NCBI GenBank assembly: GCA_049472315.1
Contig: JBLIRN010000004.1
Location: forward strand, 41,540-105,539
Direction: 5' to 3'
DNA: 64,000 bases
Source: a bacterium
GTDB taxonomy: Bacteria; SZUA-182; DTGQ01; JAFGSM01
Shown here piece after piece: positions 1 to 9,139 of the stretch (its first letter is position 1; the number at the start of each line of letters is the position of its first letter). A program made the position numbers and the translations under genes. The notes beneath the pieces are model-generated. The model was given only the letters and a program-made list of their open reading frames with translations. It was not told the DNA's origin and made no database searches.

Positions 1-52
1 TACCGGTATAAAACCCGATGGTGGTATAGTCTGAACCGATCGGCTTAAACAT
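1..52 (-). CDS. N-terminus of probable TrkH-family potassium uptake membrane protein (runs off window edge)
   Basis: ATG at 52 reads MFKPIGSDYTTIGFYTG. It lies directly downstream of two trkA genes and is called mainly from context. Confidence 0.5.
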   Translation of the reverse strand, partial: MFKPIGSDYTTIGFYTG

Positions 53-54
53 CT

Positions 55-192
55 TTACGCGAGCAGCAGGTGAAAGAAAAGGGCCATGACCAGGGTAAGG
101 AGCACGAGGATGACCGAAAACAGGGATTCCACCAGCATTCCCTTGAGGGAGTGAACAACCTTCCCCTTCAATCTCAGCCGTAGCATTGCCAT
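55..192 (-). CDS. 45-aa single-TM membrane microprotein within the trk operon
   Basis: MAMLRLRLKGKVVHSLKGMLVESLFSVILVLLTLVMALFFHLLLA. It fills the gap between the trkA stop (200) and the next ATG (52) and has a hydrophobic C-terminal helix. Confidence 0.55.
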   Translation of the reverse strand: MAMLRLRLKGKVVHSLKGMLVESLFSVILVLLTLVMALFFHLLLA

Positions 193-199
193 GTACCTT

Positions 200-889
200 T
201 CAGGGGAGTTCCTCGATCTTTCCCACCAGAAGATCAAAAAGCTCCCGTTCGTTCTCTATGGAGGTGAGGGCGATCACGTCATCCTGTGGTTTCAGAACGG
301 TGACCCCTTTCGGGATAATCACGTCGTTTCCTCGAAGTATGGAGACCACCACCGAATTGGCGGGAAGGCGTATCTCCTGCAGGCTCTTGTTGGCAACGGG
401 TGAATCCTCGGTCAAAGATACCCGGATCACCGAAAGCTTCCCTTTCTTGAAGCTGAAGAGGGTAACCAGGTCACTCAGGGTGGCCTCCTCCTCGATGATC
501 TTGGTCAGAATCGAGGTGCTGTTGATGGGGACATCGACACCCAGTTGCGAAAAGGGTCGCTCGTTTTCCGGGTCATTCACCCGTGCCAGTGTACGTTTGA
601 CCCGGAAGAATTGTTTTGCCAACTGGCAGGCGACGAGGTTGTTGGCATCGGAGCCGGTCACCGCGACAAACACGTCCGCCCTGGCGATCCCTGCATCCTC
701 CAACACCCTTCCCTCACAGGCATCCCCATGGATAACCGTTATTCCCAGATCAGTGGCGATCGCATGACATATATCAGGATCCTTCTCAATCAGCACACAG
801 TGATGCTGATCCCTGATCAGGGATTTGGCGAGGAAGTACCCGACCTTTCCCCCTCCCACCAGAATGATGTTCATTCCCCTTTGCCCCAC
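200..889 (-). CDS. trkA: TrkA/KtrA-family K+ uptake regulatory subunit (RCK_N + RCK_C)
   Basis: IILVGGGKVG NAD-binding motif, GDA..LEDAGI..ADVFVAVTGSD..N, and a C-terminal TrkA_C domain. Confidence 0.92.
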   Translation of the reverse strand: MGQRGMNIILVGGGKVGYFLAKSLIRDQHHCVLIEKDPDICHAIATDLGITVIHGDACEGRVLEDAGIARADVFVAVTGSDANNLVACQLAKQFFRVKRTLARVNDPENERPFSQLGVDVPINSTSILTKIIEEEATLSDLVTLFSFKKGKLSVIRVSLTEDSPVANKSLQEIRLPANSVVVSILRGNDVIIPKGVTVLKPQDDVIALTSIENERELFDLLVGKIEELP

Positions 890-1527
890 AAAAGGTTATG
901 GATGGCATCCCTTCCTTCCACCAGACCGACCCCCATGACCTCATCCCCCTCTTCCAATGTATAGTCGGGGAGCGGGAGGGTCATGCGCCCCCTGGTTTGC
1001 ACCGTTATCACCGTAAACAGGCCGGGCCGGTTGAGGTCCCCCGCCGGCCTTCCCACCAGGGCGCCCTTGACCTCTATCGTGTGGAATTCAACCCGGTCCT
1101 GGCGGGGTGTCAGGAATTCCTCCACCCTGTTCTCCAGGAACCGGTCCCGGATCATCCGGGAGATCACCATGGTACTGCTGATGATCTCGAGGCCCAGATG
1201 ATGATAGGTTGCCGCCTTCTTGGGATCGTATACCCGTGCCACCGCCATGGGCACAGTATAGATCTGTTTCGCAATCTGAACGGCAATGATATTGGTGTTG
1301 TCATCGTTGGTGACTGCGGCCAGGGCATTGGCCTGTTTGATCCCGGCGCTTTCAAGGACTTCGCCGTTAAATCCGTTCCCCGTTACGGTCATGCCGTTAA
1401 ATGCGGGACCCAGCCGCCGGAATGCCTGCGCCGACTTGTCAATCACCACCACGTCATGACCTTCGCCGGAAAGCATGATTGCCAACTCGGATCCCATTCG
1501 TCCACAGCCAACAATCAAGGTATACAT
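871..1527 (-). CDS. trkA: TrkA/KtrA-family K+ uptake regulatory subunit (second paralog)
   Basis: IVGCGRMG, LESAGI..A..LAAVTNDDNTN and ARVYDP motifs. Confidence 0.92.
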   Translation of the reverse strand: MYTLIVGCGRMGSELAIMLSGEGHDVVVIDKSAQAFRRLGPAFNGMTVTGNGFNGEVLESAGIKQANALAAVTNDDNTNIIAVQIAKQIYTVPMAVARVYDPKKAATYHHLGLEIISSTMVISRMIRDRFLENRVEEFLTPRQDRVEFHTIEVKGALVGRPAGDLNRPGLFTVITVQTRGRMTLPLPDYTLEEGDEVMGVGLVEGRDAIHNLLWGKGE

Positions 1528-1917
1528 CCTTACGCGCTCCTGTCCTCCGTATCATGTGACAGCCAATCCCTCATGGTCTCCGGCATCGGCCGAATCCCAT
1601 TCAGTGGAAATCCGGGATAAAACGGAGTAATTGTAATGTATCTCATAAAAACAAGCAATACCCCCGCATCCGTTTGCCACCTCTGCCTCCGTTCGCATTC
1701 GCTATGTTTACCCCCATTACACCTCCGTATCGCACCTGTCGGTTCTGATCAGTTTATGATCACCAATTCGAAGGAATGGTCATATTTTGACCGTGCCGGA
1801 ATCGCCGCTGAGAACGATCCTTTCCTGGTTCACCCCTCAATGCCATGAGATCCCTTATTATTGCTCATGATAGAGGCATGGTCTTCCGGCCGGAAGGAAG
1901 GCGCACAGGGGATGAAA

Positions 1918-1933
1918 TTGGCACCGTTTATGC
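1918..1933 (+). promoter_or_regulatory. Putative sigma-54 (-24/-12) promoter
   Basis: TTGGCACCGTTTATGC matches TGGCAC-N-TTGC with exact GG-N10-GC spacing, about 100 bp upstream of the CDS at 2033. Confidence 0.6.
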
Positions 1934-2032
1934 GTTGGCATTCATTGACAAAAACCGGACAACCATCAACAACAGGAAGTATGATTTTTGATCTTTGACA
2001 TCTGATCACACGACGTTTCTCGGGGGGGTATT

Positions 2033-3085
2033 ATGCTGCGCACATCCACGGAATACAACCGGGCATTGGCTCTCGGCCTCTTCTTTATTTGTTTCATGCT
2101 GATTCTCTTTTCGTTGGGGGTGGAGGCGCTCTTTCCGTACTATGCCCCCATCTTCACCAATCCCTTGTATCAAACGATTCAGTTGCCCTTTTCCTATCTG
2201 GGCACAGCTTCGAATGCCCAGACTCAAGCCAACAATGCCTCGGCCTTTTCCTACCAGGATTACTACGCGGCATATCCATATCTCCAGCAACAAGGCTGGA
2301 CAACCTCCTCTTACGGGAATGGCACGGTCCAGGGGAACACCGGCAGCGGGTATGTCACAAACGGCTTGAATTACAGCACCGGCTTTACCGGTCAATCCGC
2401 AACAGGAATATACAAACCACCTACGCTTGCGACACTCTCATCGAGCACCTATCAAACGGTCTCGAACTACGCCGCCTCCAATACCATAAACCAGCAGTAC
2501 CAGACCGGGCTGGCACAGGCAGGGACCTACAATCCGCAAGGGGCCTATCTGCCCGCTGCACAGAACGGCTACTATGCACCCTCGCAGCAGTCATACTATC
2601 CCTATCAGGGTACCGTCTTCACTCAATATACTCAAAATCAACCCACTGTCTACTATCCTGCAGGCACTTACACCACAAGCCAGACCAACTCAACGGGCTA
2701 CTATTATCCGAATTCCAACTACTGGCCGAATTCACAGATCACGATGCAGGAGCCGCCTGTTGACATAGCAGGGCTATACAGGGGGGCATGGGTGAGCGAT
2801 ACCACCGGGAGCTCCAAGGAAATCTGGGCAGATATCGACCAGACGGACGCGCAGGTGCAGGGGCAGATCAAGCTGATGGGATATATTGTGGAGACCAAGG
2901 GGAAGACCAGTGTCTCCGGGACCGTCAACGGCAATACGGTCAGCCTTGATGTCAATCTCAATGGATCCGTTCTGAAAGTGGAGGGCACCGTTCAGGACAG
3001 CGGTGAGATTGTTGGCACCTATTCCGTGACGGGCTCCTCGGGCTCCATCATCGACGAGGGCAGCATAACGTTCGAACCCCGGTAG
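2033..3085 (+). CDS. Secreted protein with Tyr/Gln/Thr-rich low-complexity region and C-terminal beta-domain
   Basis: Signal peptide ending VEA, about 210 aa of Y/Q/T/S/P-rich sequence, and a C-terminal domain starting GLYRGAW. Confidence 0.8.
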   Translation: MLRTSTEYNRALALGLFFICFMLILFSLGVEALFPYYAPIFTNPLYQTIQLPFSYLGTASNAQTQANNASAFSYQDYYAAYPYLQQQGWTTSSYGNGTVQGNTGSGYVTNGLNYSTGFTGQSATGIYKPPTLATLSSSTYQTVSNYAASNTINQQYQTGLAQAGTYNPQGAYLPAAQNGYYAPSQQSYYPYQGTVFTQYTQNQPTVYYPAGTYTTSQTNSTGYYYPNSNYWPNSQITMQEPPVDIAGLYRGAWVSDTTGSSKEIWADIDQTDAQVQGQIKLMGYIVETKGKTSVSGTVNGNTVSLDVNLNGSVLKVEGTVQDSGEIVGTYSVTGSSGSIIDEGSITFEPR

Positions 3086-3130
3086 CCGCTCCGGCACGGG
3101 GGTGACTCCGCGGCGGGTGAGGCTTCAGGC

Positions 3131-4540
3131 TCAGGGGTATGAAAGGATCTTCGTCAGATCCAGGTCAGGGCAGTATTCCCGCGCCACCTCTTCCGTTACC
3201 ATCCCCTTTTTGTAGAGCTTCACCACGGAGTCCTGCATGGTGTGCATTTTGTATCTCCCGCCGGTCTGTATGGAAGAGGTGAGCTGCATGGTATTCCCTT
3301 CCCTGATGATGCTCTTGACCGCCTCGGAGATGATCAGCGCCTCGGTGGCTACCACGCGATCAGTCCCGTCATTTCGAGGCAACAGGGCCTGAGAGATGAT
3401 ACCTTGAAGACAGTTGCCTAGGGTGATGGATATCTGTTTCCGCTGCTGCACGGCAAACATGCTCATGATCCTGTCGATCACCTGGATGCAATTCGGTGCA
3501 TGCATGGAGGTGAGCACCAGGTGCCCGGTCTCCGCAGCGGTGATGGCGGTCTGGACCGATTCTGAATCCTGGAGTTCCCCAATGAGGATCACGTCCGGAT
3601 CCTGGCGCAACGCCTCCTTGAGGGCCGTAGAGAACGAGGCGGTATCGGTTCCGATCTCCCTCTGTTTAATAATGCTTCGTTTATTTTGATGGACATACTC
3701 AATCGGGTCCTCCAGGCAGATAATCACCGACTCCCTTTCCGTATTGATGAGATCGACCATCGCCGCCAGGGTGGTGGTCTTGCCGGCGCCGGTGGGTCCT
3801 GCGATGATGACGACCCCTTTCCGCTTGCGGGCAAGATCGGCAACCACATCCGGAAGGCCGAGTTCGGCTATCGACCTGATTCCGGGCATGATCGTCCGAA
3901 AGGTCGCCTCCACATTTCCCCGCTGCATGTGGATATTGACCCGGAACCTCTTTTCCGGGTCGGGGGAGAATGCAAAATCCAGTTCCTTACATTTCTCGAA
4001 TCGTTTTATCTGCTCATCGGTGAGGATACTGTAAATAAGCGCCTTGAGATCATCCTTGTACAATGCCTCCATATCGAGGGGTACGAGGTGCCCGCAGATT
4101 CTCAGGATGGGTGGCCGGCCATAGGTGAGATGCAGATCGGAGGCCCTCTCGCTGTGTGCCAGGTTGAGAAGCCGAACGATATCCACCGTCTCTATATGCC
4201 GCTTTATCCTTTCACGGTCACCACCGTCGATCTGCTCAAATCGTACCCCGATATCGTAGGTGTGGCCGAAATGTATCTCTTCTATCCGTGCGACCTTTCC
4301 AAGAATGCACACCTCGTGATCGATTCCCGGAATGGTAAAGAATAGCTTCAACCGTTGCCCGAGACACAAGAGCTCCGGGACCTCAAAGAGCACCCCATTC
4401 GTGCTGATATCCTTGGAAAGGGATTCATGTGATTCATTCTCCACAATGCCGTCGGATACCTTGTGGTACCGGATGGGTATCCTTGTCTTAACCCGCGCAG
4501 CCTCACGTATGTCCCTTTTATTCATATTCGAATGACCCAT
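3131..4540 (-). CDS. PilZ domain-PilT/PilU family retraction ATPase fusion
   Basis: N-terminal REAAR and DISTNG PilZ motifs, then ASDLHL, GPTGAGKTT, EDPIE, ALRQDPDVILIGE and AAETGHLV. Confidence 0.9.
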   Translation of the reverse strand: MGHSNMNKRDIREAARVKTRIPIRYHKVSDGIVENESHESLSKDISTNGVLFEVPELLCLGQRLKLFFTIPGIDHEVCILGKVARIEEIHFGHTYDIGVRFEQIDGGDRERIKRHIETVDIVRLLNLAHSERASDLHLTYGRPPILRICGHLVPLDMEALYKDDLKALIYSILTDEQIKRFEKCKELDFAFSPDPEKRFRVNIHMQRGNVEATFRTIMPGIRSIAELGLPDVVADLARKRKGVVIIAGPTGAGKTTTLAAMVDLINTERESVIICLEDPIEYVHQNKRSIIKQREIGTDTASFSTALKEALRQDPDVILIGELQDSESVQTAITAAETGHLVLTSMHAPNCIQVIDRIMSMFAVQQRKQISITLGNCLQGIISQALLPRNDGTDRVVATEALIISEAVKSIIREGNTMQLTSSIQTGGRYKMHTMQDSVVKLYKKGMVTEEVAREYCPDLDLTKILSYP

Positions 4541-4844
4541 TGCCCCCGGCGCCCTTCTCTGCCGGTCATTCCCCCGTGGCCAGGGGACTCACCGTTGACG
4601 CCATGAATCCATCCACCTGAACACCCCTACATTCTACCCATTCAGGGAGAAGGAAGGGAAGATAATTTTTGTGATGTGCGGACAAAATACCCGTGCATGT
4701 TTCATATTTAATTATCGGAAAATAAAGAAAAAATGACCGAATAGGGGTAATTGCTCACTGTCTTGCCGGAGGGTGAGTTAATAGGTTGGTCTGACAGGGT
4801 TTGGTTGGGAGAAGTCACGGGCACATTATGTGACCGGAAAGCGC

Positions 4845-4883
4845 TTCATAGTGCGTCGCTGCGCGACGCCTGGCAAGCTTGGT
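4845..4883 (-). repeat. Divergent copy of the ~44-bp dispersed repeat family A
   Basis: ttcatagtg-cgtcgctgcgcgacg-cctggcaagcttggt shares both ends with the copies at 8755-8940 and 57193-57231. Confidence 0.6.
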
Positions 4884-4886
4884 GTG

Positions 4887-6011
4887 TCAATTCCGCTGAA
4901 GCCACCGCTCGAAGAATGGATCGCTGATCCTGTACCCGTCCTTGTCCTTCTGGACAAGCCCGTTTCTGATCAATGCCTTCAAGGATGCCTGTACGCTCGA
5001 AGCGGAACCGAGATTATATTTTATGATCGTATCCTGTGAGAACATCTCCTTTGTCTTTGCCAGTGCCCGCAACACCGCCCTTTGATGGTGGCTCGAGGAG
5101 TCATACCAACTGAAATAGAGTTCTCCCTGATGGTAGATGACGAGATCGATTGCATACAACAATGTCTGTTCGCTGATTTCCTTATGGGCGATCTGCCAAA
5201 GATGGCATGCAAGCATCTGGATGTGGTAGGGGATGTTCTGGGAAACGGCGACAAGCTGCTCGGCAATATGGCGGGGGATGCTCTTGGAGGTGTATTCGAA
5301 CCGTTCGCGGATGAAGTCCACCATGGATTCAGGGTCGATGGGAGGAAGCGGATACAATTTTGCCATCTTGTAGAAGGGGCGGCGGGAATCGGTGAACATC
5401 CTGGTGGCGATGTGGATCTTGCTCGCGATAAAGATGTAATTCACCTTGGTATGATTCACGATGAACGGCTTCAGGAGTTCCTCGAACCCCCCTCCGTGCA
5501 AACCTTCCACCTCCTGAAATTCGTCGAGCACCACTACCACCTTCTTGTTATATTCCTGGGCCATCACCTGAGGCAGGTCAATAATATCCTCAAGGGCACT
5601 ATGAATGTTTTCAGAGGTTTTCGAGAAATCAAACCTGATCCTCCACTGCCCTTCTCCCCCGATCTCAAAGCTCGGAACAATGCGCTTGAAAAAGGTGGCG
5701 ATCTTTTCAAGCCGTTCCTTTAATTCGAACATGGTCTCACTGATAGCCATGGCATAGACCTCGAGGAACTGCGCACAGGAGGTCGCCCGTTGAAGATCCA
5801 CATGGATTGGAATAACCGAATTCTGGGTATTCATGATGGAAAGGGCATTTGACACAAGTGAGCTCTTGCCCAACCGCCGGTAGGCATAAACAAAGACATG
5901 TTCATCATGATTAAGGAAATCAATAAGGTCATTGATCTCCTTTTTGCGATTTGCAAAGAATTCTCCGGTCACCGCCTCACCAAAACGGAAAGGATTTTTT
6001 CCTCTATGCAT
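4887..6011 (-). CDS. AAA+ ATPase of the archaeal-ATPase type with C-terminal winged helix
   Basis: NPF.FG, F.NR..E, RRLGKSS Walker A, LDEFQ Walker B and C-terminal DPFF..W. Confidence 0.8.
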   Translation of the reverse strand: MHRGKNPFRFGEAVTGEFFANRKKEINDLIDFLNHDEHVFVYAYRRLGKSSLVSNALSIMNTQNSVIPIHVDLQRATSCAQFLEVYAMAISETMFELKERLEKIATFFKRIVPSFEIGGEGQWRIRFDFSKTSENIHSALEDIIDLPQVMAQEYNKKVVVVLDEFQEVEGLHGGGFEELLKPFIVNHTKVNYIFIASKIHIATRMFTDSRRPFYKMAKLYPLPPIDPESMVDFIRERFEYTSKSIPRHIAEQLVAVSQNIPYHIQMLACHLWQIAHKEISEQTLLYAIDLVIYHQGELYFSWYDSSSHHQRAVLRALAKTKEMFSQDTIIKYNLGSASSVQASLKALIRNGLVQKDKDGYRISDPFFERWLQRN

Positions 6012-6377
6012 GTTCTTCTCCTATCCAAATGGTACTGTTAAATGTGGCAAAACGGAAATTTATATCACTATTATAATATATGGCATATTAAAAATCAAAT
6101 AATTTTTTATATGCATTTCATCCTCTTTTTTTTATATCGTCAAATTTCATTTTTCTTCAATGGAAAAAATAAGTTTATAGTTCTTTATCAAGGATCAAAT
6201 ATTATATGAATAAAGGTATACACCAATGATCCATCTTTGTAAAGTGGTGTTGATTTTTGTAAGAATAATAGGCGATTTGATCGATCCCCATGCAAGAGGC
6301 ACCGAGATCTTCGCGGGATAGTCCCTCACCGGAATGTGTTTTTTCGCTCCAGGTATACATGAACATCCTGAAAGGAT

Positions 6378-6686
6378 TCAGGACCCTAACCAGTCATCCT
6401 TGAAGCGTTCCTGGTAGTTCAACTCGGGATAATTGCGCTCGAAATCCTCCCGTGAAAAGGAATACCGATACCCTTTGCAGTACTCCATGATGAGACCGTA
6501 CGCCTCATTGATCCCCTTCATGGTATCCCCCTTCTCTCCCCCGGCATCCTTCTTTCCATCCGGATGAAACATCCGGGCCATCCGCCGGTACGCGGTCTTG
6601 ATCTCCTGCATGGTTGCCCGCTCGTCGAGGCCCAGTTGCCTCCTCGCCTCATCGAGTTCCTTGTAATGTAGTATCTTCTTTTTCAT
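6378..6686 (-). CDS. Small DnaJ (J-domain) protein
   Basis: LGL...AT..EIK.AYR.MA..FHPD and INEAY motifs. The start at MKKK is inferred. Confidence 0.85.
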   Translation of the reverse strand: MKKKILHYKELDEARRQLGLDERATMQEIKTAYRRMARMFHPDGKKDAGGEKGDTMKGINEAYGLIMEYCKGYRYSFSREDFERNYPELNYQERFKDDWLGS

Positions 6687-6778
6687 GCGCCAAATACCTC
6701 CGGAATCAATCTCATGGACCTCGTTGCATGAACCGCTGCGGTTTGCGAGGCCCTGGATGTATTCAATGGATGAATAAT

Positions 6779-6807
6779 TTGACAACAGCCTATTAGCATA
6801 TTAAAAT
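6779..6807 (+). promoter_or_regulatory. Putative sigma-70 promoter
   Basis: TTGACA-17 nt-TAAAAT upstream of the CDS at 6912. Confidence 0.6.
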
Positions 6808-6911
6808 ATAATAAATTATTAAGCTACTTTTTGCCGATATATAAGATATATTATTGGATTTCTGGTCACCTGCATTAAACACCATACTGAAACATAGAGG
6901 AGACGATTCAG

Positions 6912-7106
6912 ATGCCAATGTATTCATTTCATTGTAATGATTGCGGCCACACATTCGAACAATACTTCTATACCATGGATGATCGGAAAGTCCCCCCCTG
7001 TCCTGAATGCAAATCGAAAAAGGTCACCAGGCAATTAGGCACTGTGACGTTTACAAAGAAATCATCATCCAAAGGCGGTGGTCTTCCGCGGTTCGGCTTC
7101 GGCTGA
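6912..7106 (+). CDS. FmdB-family zinc-ribbon protein
   Basis: MPMYSFHCNDCGHTFE...CPECKS pattern, preceded by GAGGAG. Confidence 0.88.
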   Translation: MPMYSFHCNDCGHTFEQYFYTMDDRKVPPCPECKSKKVTRQLGTVTFTKKSSSKGGGLPRFGFG

Positions 7107-7129
7107 GGCCCTAAACGATGAGGGATCGG

Positions 7130-7798
7130 TCAGGTCCCCTGATTTTCTGTTGATCGGATGCCTGCAGGATGACGGGCGGTTTTATTTCCCTCCATCCTGC
7201 AGGTTGACAGCTCTCTTTTTAATTCCCTTCTCAGACCCGGCACATCGGAAAATACCACGCCCCGGATCCCCAGGCATCGTGCGGCTTGAACGAAGGATTC
7301 ATTGTCATCTATGTAAACGCACTCCCCGGGCATGATGTGCATCGCCTCCAGAACCCTCTCATATATACGAGGATCCGGCTTGCGCAGCCCCATCTCGTAG
7401 GAAAGAAAACAGGTCTCGAATGTTGAAAGGATCGGTACGTCCCTCCGAATGGCTTCAAAATGGGCCTGATTGGTGTTTGAGAGAAGCGAGAGCCGGTACC
7501 GGCATTTCAATTCCTCGATTAAGGGAATGATTTCCTCGTTGGGAACGAAGCCGCTCGACCAAACATTCAGAAAGTCATCGTAGTCAAGACGGAGATCGAA
7601 CCGCTCCTTGATGGCGTCAAAAAAACGCACAGGGGTAATCTCCCCCCGATCAAGCGCCTCCTCAATCCTCTCCGTAAATATATAGTGGTAAATGTCAGCC
7701 GGATTTCCGCCCCATGCGGCGATCTTCGCACAGATATGCATGTGGTCGACAAAGACGATGACATTGCCCAGATCAAAAAGGATCACCTTTATCGGCAT
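7130..7798 (-). CDS. HAD-superfamily phosphatase (YihX-like)
   Basis: FDLGNV, LSNT, RKPDPRIY and IDD motifs. Confidence 0.88.
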   Translation of the reverse strand: MPIKVILFDLGNVIVFVDHMHICAKIAAWGGNPADIYHYIFTERIEEALDRGEITPVRFFDAIKERFDLRLDYDDFLNVWSSGFVPNEEIIPLIEELKCRYRLSLLSNTNQAHFEAIRRDVPILSTFETCFLSYEMGLRKPDPRIYERVLEAMHIMPGECVYIDDNESFVQAARCLGIRGVVFSDVPGLRRELKRELSTCRMEGNKTARHPAGIRSTENQGT

Positions 7799-7950
7799 CG
7801 GTTACTACCCCGGTCCTCAAAAAAACTCATCCATAACACGGCTGCGCACGGAAGGATTCGGATATGAGGTGAGCATTCGCACCAGGCCTGCACAGGTGAA
7901 ATGGTAACATACTGTTCAGGGCGGGGCAAATGAGCAGGAAAACGGACAGG

Positions 7951-7987
7951 AAAAAAGGGGCGGTCATCATCATGATGACCGCCCCTT
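7951..7987 (-). terminator. Rho-independent terminator of the 8069-8392 gene
   Basis: Long inverted repeat aaggggcggtcatca/tgatgaccgcccctt with an A6 run, which is the U-tract on the minus strand. Confidence 0.8.
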
Positions 7988-8068
7988 GCGTATCGGACAA
8001 AACTATTTACGGCAGGGTGCCCGGCTGGTCAGCCTGTGCACCCGTCGGTTCGTAACGACAATTCCTTA

Positions 8069-8392
8069 TTATATGGTCGGGGTCGTCGCTGTTGTTGTAT
8101 TAAAAAGGCTGCCGAACAAGAACGGATTTAAATGCCCGAAGCCGCCCATCATCCCATAATAGGGGAAGCTGCCCAGAGTGCTGGTGTCCAGCCCGCTCAG
8201 ACTCGAATACAGCCAGGGATTGAGGCCGCCCATCCCCATCATGCCGCCCATCATGGGAAAGAATGGAAGGCTGGTCAATGTGGGTTGGGTTGCCGTCTGG
8301 GCTTGTGCCAGGGGTAAGCGGGCACTAACGATCAAAAATCCTGAAACTAAAAATGCACATGCAACAATCATAAGACTCCGTCTGATAGTCAT
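8069..8392 (-). CDS. Small secreted Gly/Met/Phe/Pro-rich protein
   Basis: AAGGAGGT SD, signal peptide ending AQA|Q, and repeated PMMGGMMG / NPWLY..L / NPFLF..L motifs. Confidence 0.78.
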   Translation of the reverse strand: MTIRRSLMIVACAFLVSGFLIVSARLPLAQAQTATQPTLTSLPFFPMMGGMMGMGGLNPWLYSSLSGLDTSTLGSFPYYGMMGGFGHLNPFLFGSLFNTTTATTPTI

Positions 8393-8754
8393 ACGCGTAA
8401 CCTCCTTTGCGATAACATGATCATGGTGTTGTTGGTTCCTTACTCATACTCCCCCCTTATGGCTCCATAGTGTTACCCCTCCTTTGTCATGGTGCTGAAA
8501 CAGTAGTATGAAACAGAACCCCTTATGCGCCCTCTACACGAGTAGTCTTAAAAATGACCGGCTGCTACGCCTGATTGTTAGGGAGAGCACCATAATGTGG
8601 ATGTAAGGCACAAGAATCGCTCATGGCGCAAGGGGCCCCGTGCTTTTGCCGATTACCACACCTTTTCCATACAACCTTTACATGCAGCAGTTACCGTAGT
8701 AATAATAACCGTAAGTATTTGGCGAATGAAGATCCCTTTCGTTACGCCCCCTTC

Positions 8755-8940
8755 ACCCAAGCTTGCTAGGGCGGAGCGAAGCGGAGCCACTATGAACCCC
8801 TCCCGGTTACCTCACAAGCCGAGACTTCACTACCCAAGCTTGCTAGGGCGCAGCGAAGCGGAGCCACTATGAACCTCTTCCGCTCACCCAAAGGCCCCCG
8901 ATTCCAACCAACCTTTGCCAGGGCGGAGCGAAGCGGAGCC
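8755..8940 (+). repeat. Three direct copies of a ~44-bp REP-like repeat (family A) separated by 31-33 nt unique spacers
   Basis: acccaagcttgctagggcg(g/c)agcgaagcggagccactatgaacc at 8755-8798 and 8832-8875, with a degenerate copy at 8907-8940. Confidence 0.88.
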
Positions 8941-9139
8941 CCAAAATCAGGCTTATCATGCGGAAAGAAGCGGAGATATCAAGTTGTCCTTTCCTTAATA
9001 TTGAGCAAGCACATATAATTTGATACCATTGATCATTCATGAAGCGATGTGATGCAGGAAAACGCATTCCCGGGTATATCACCATGTTTGATGATGCAAC
9101 TGTTGAAAAGGCGGATGCGATGGAAAGGCTTGCTCCCAT

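Noticed and set aside
1528..1900. c-di-AMP (ydaO) riboswitch upstream of the trk operon
   Set aside because: The conserved motifs were not found in the right order on the minus strand.
8755..8940. Bona fide CRISPR array
   Set aside because: There are only three copies, the repeat is longer than the spacers, no cas gene is nearby, and the repeat is dispersed elsewhere. It is kept as a REP-like repeat.
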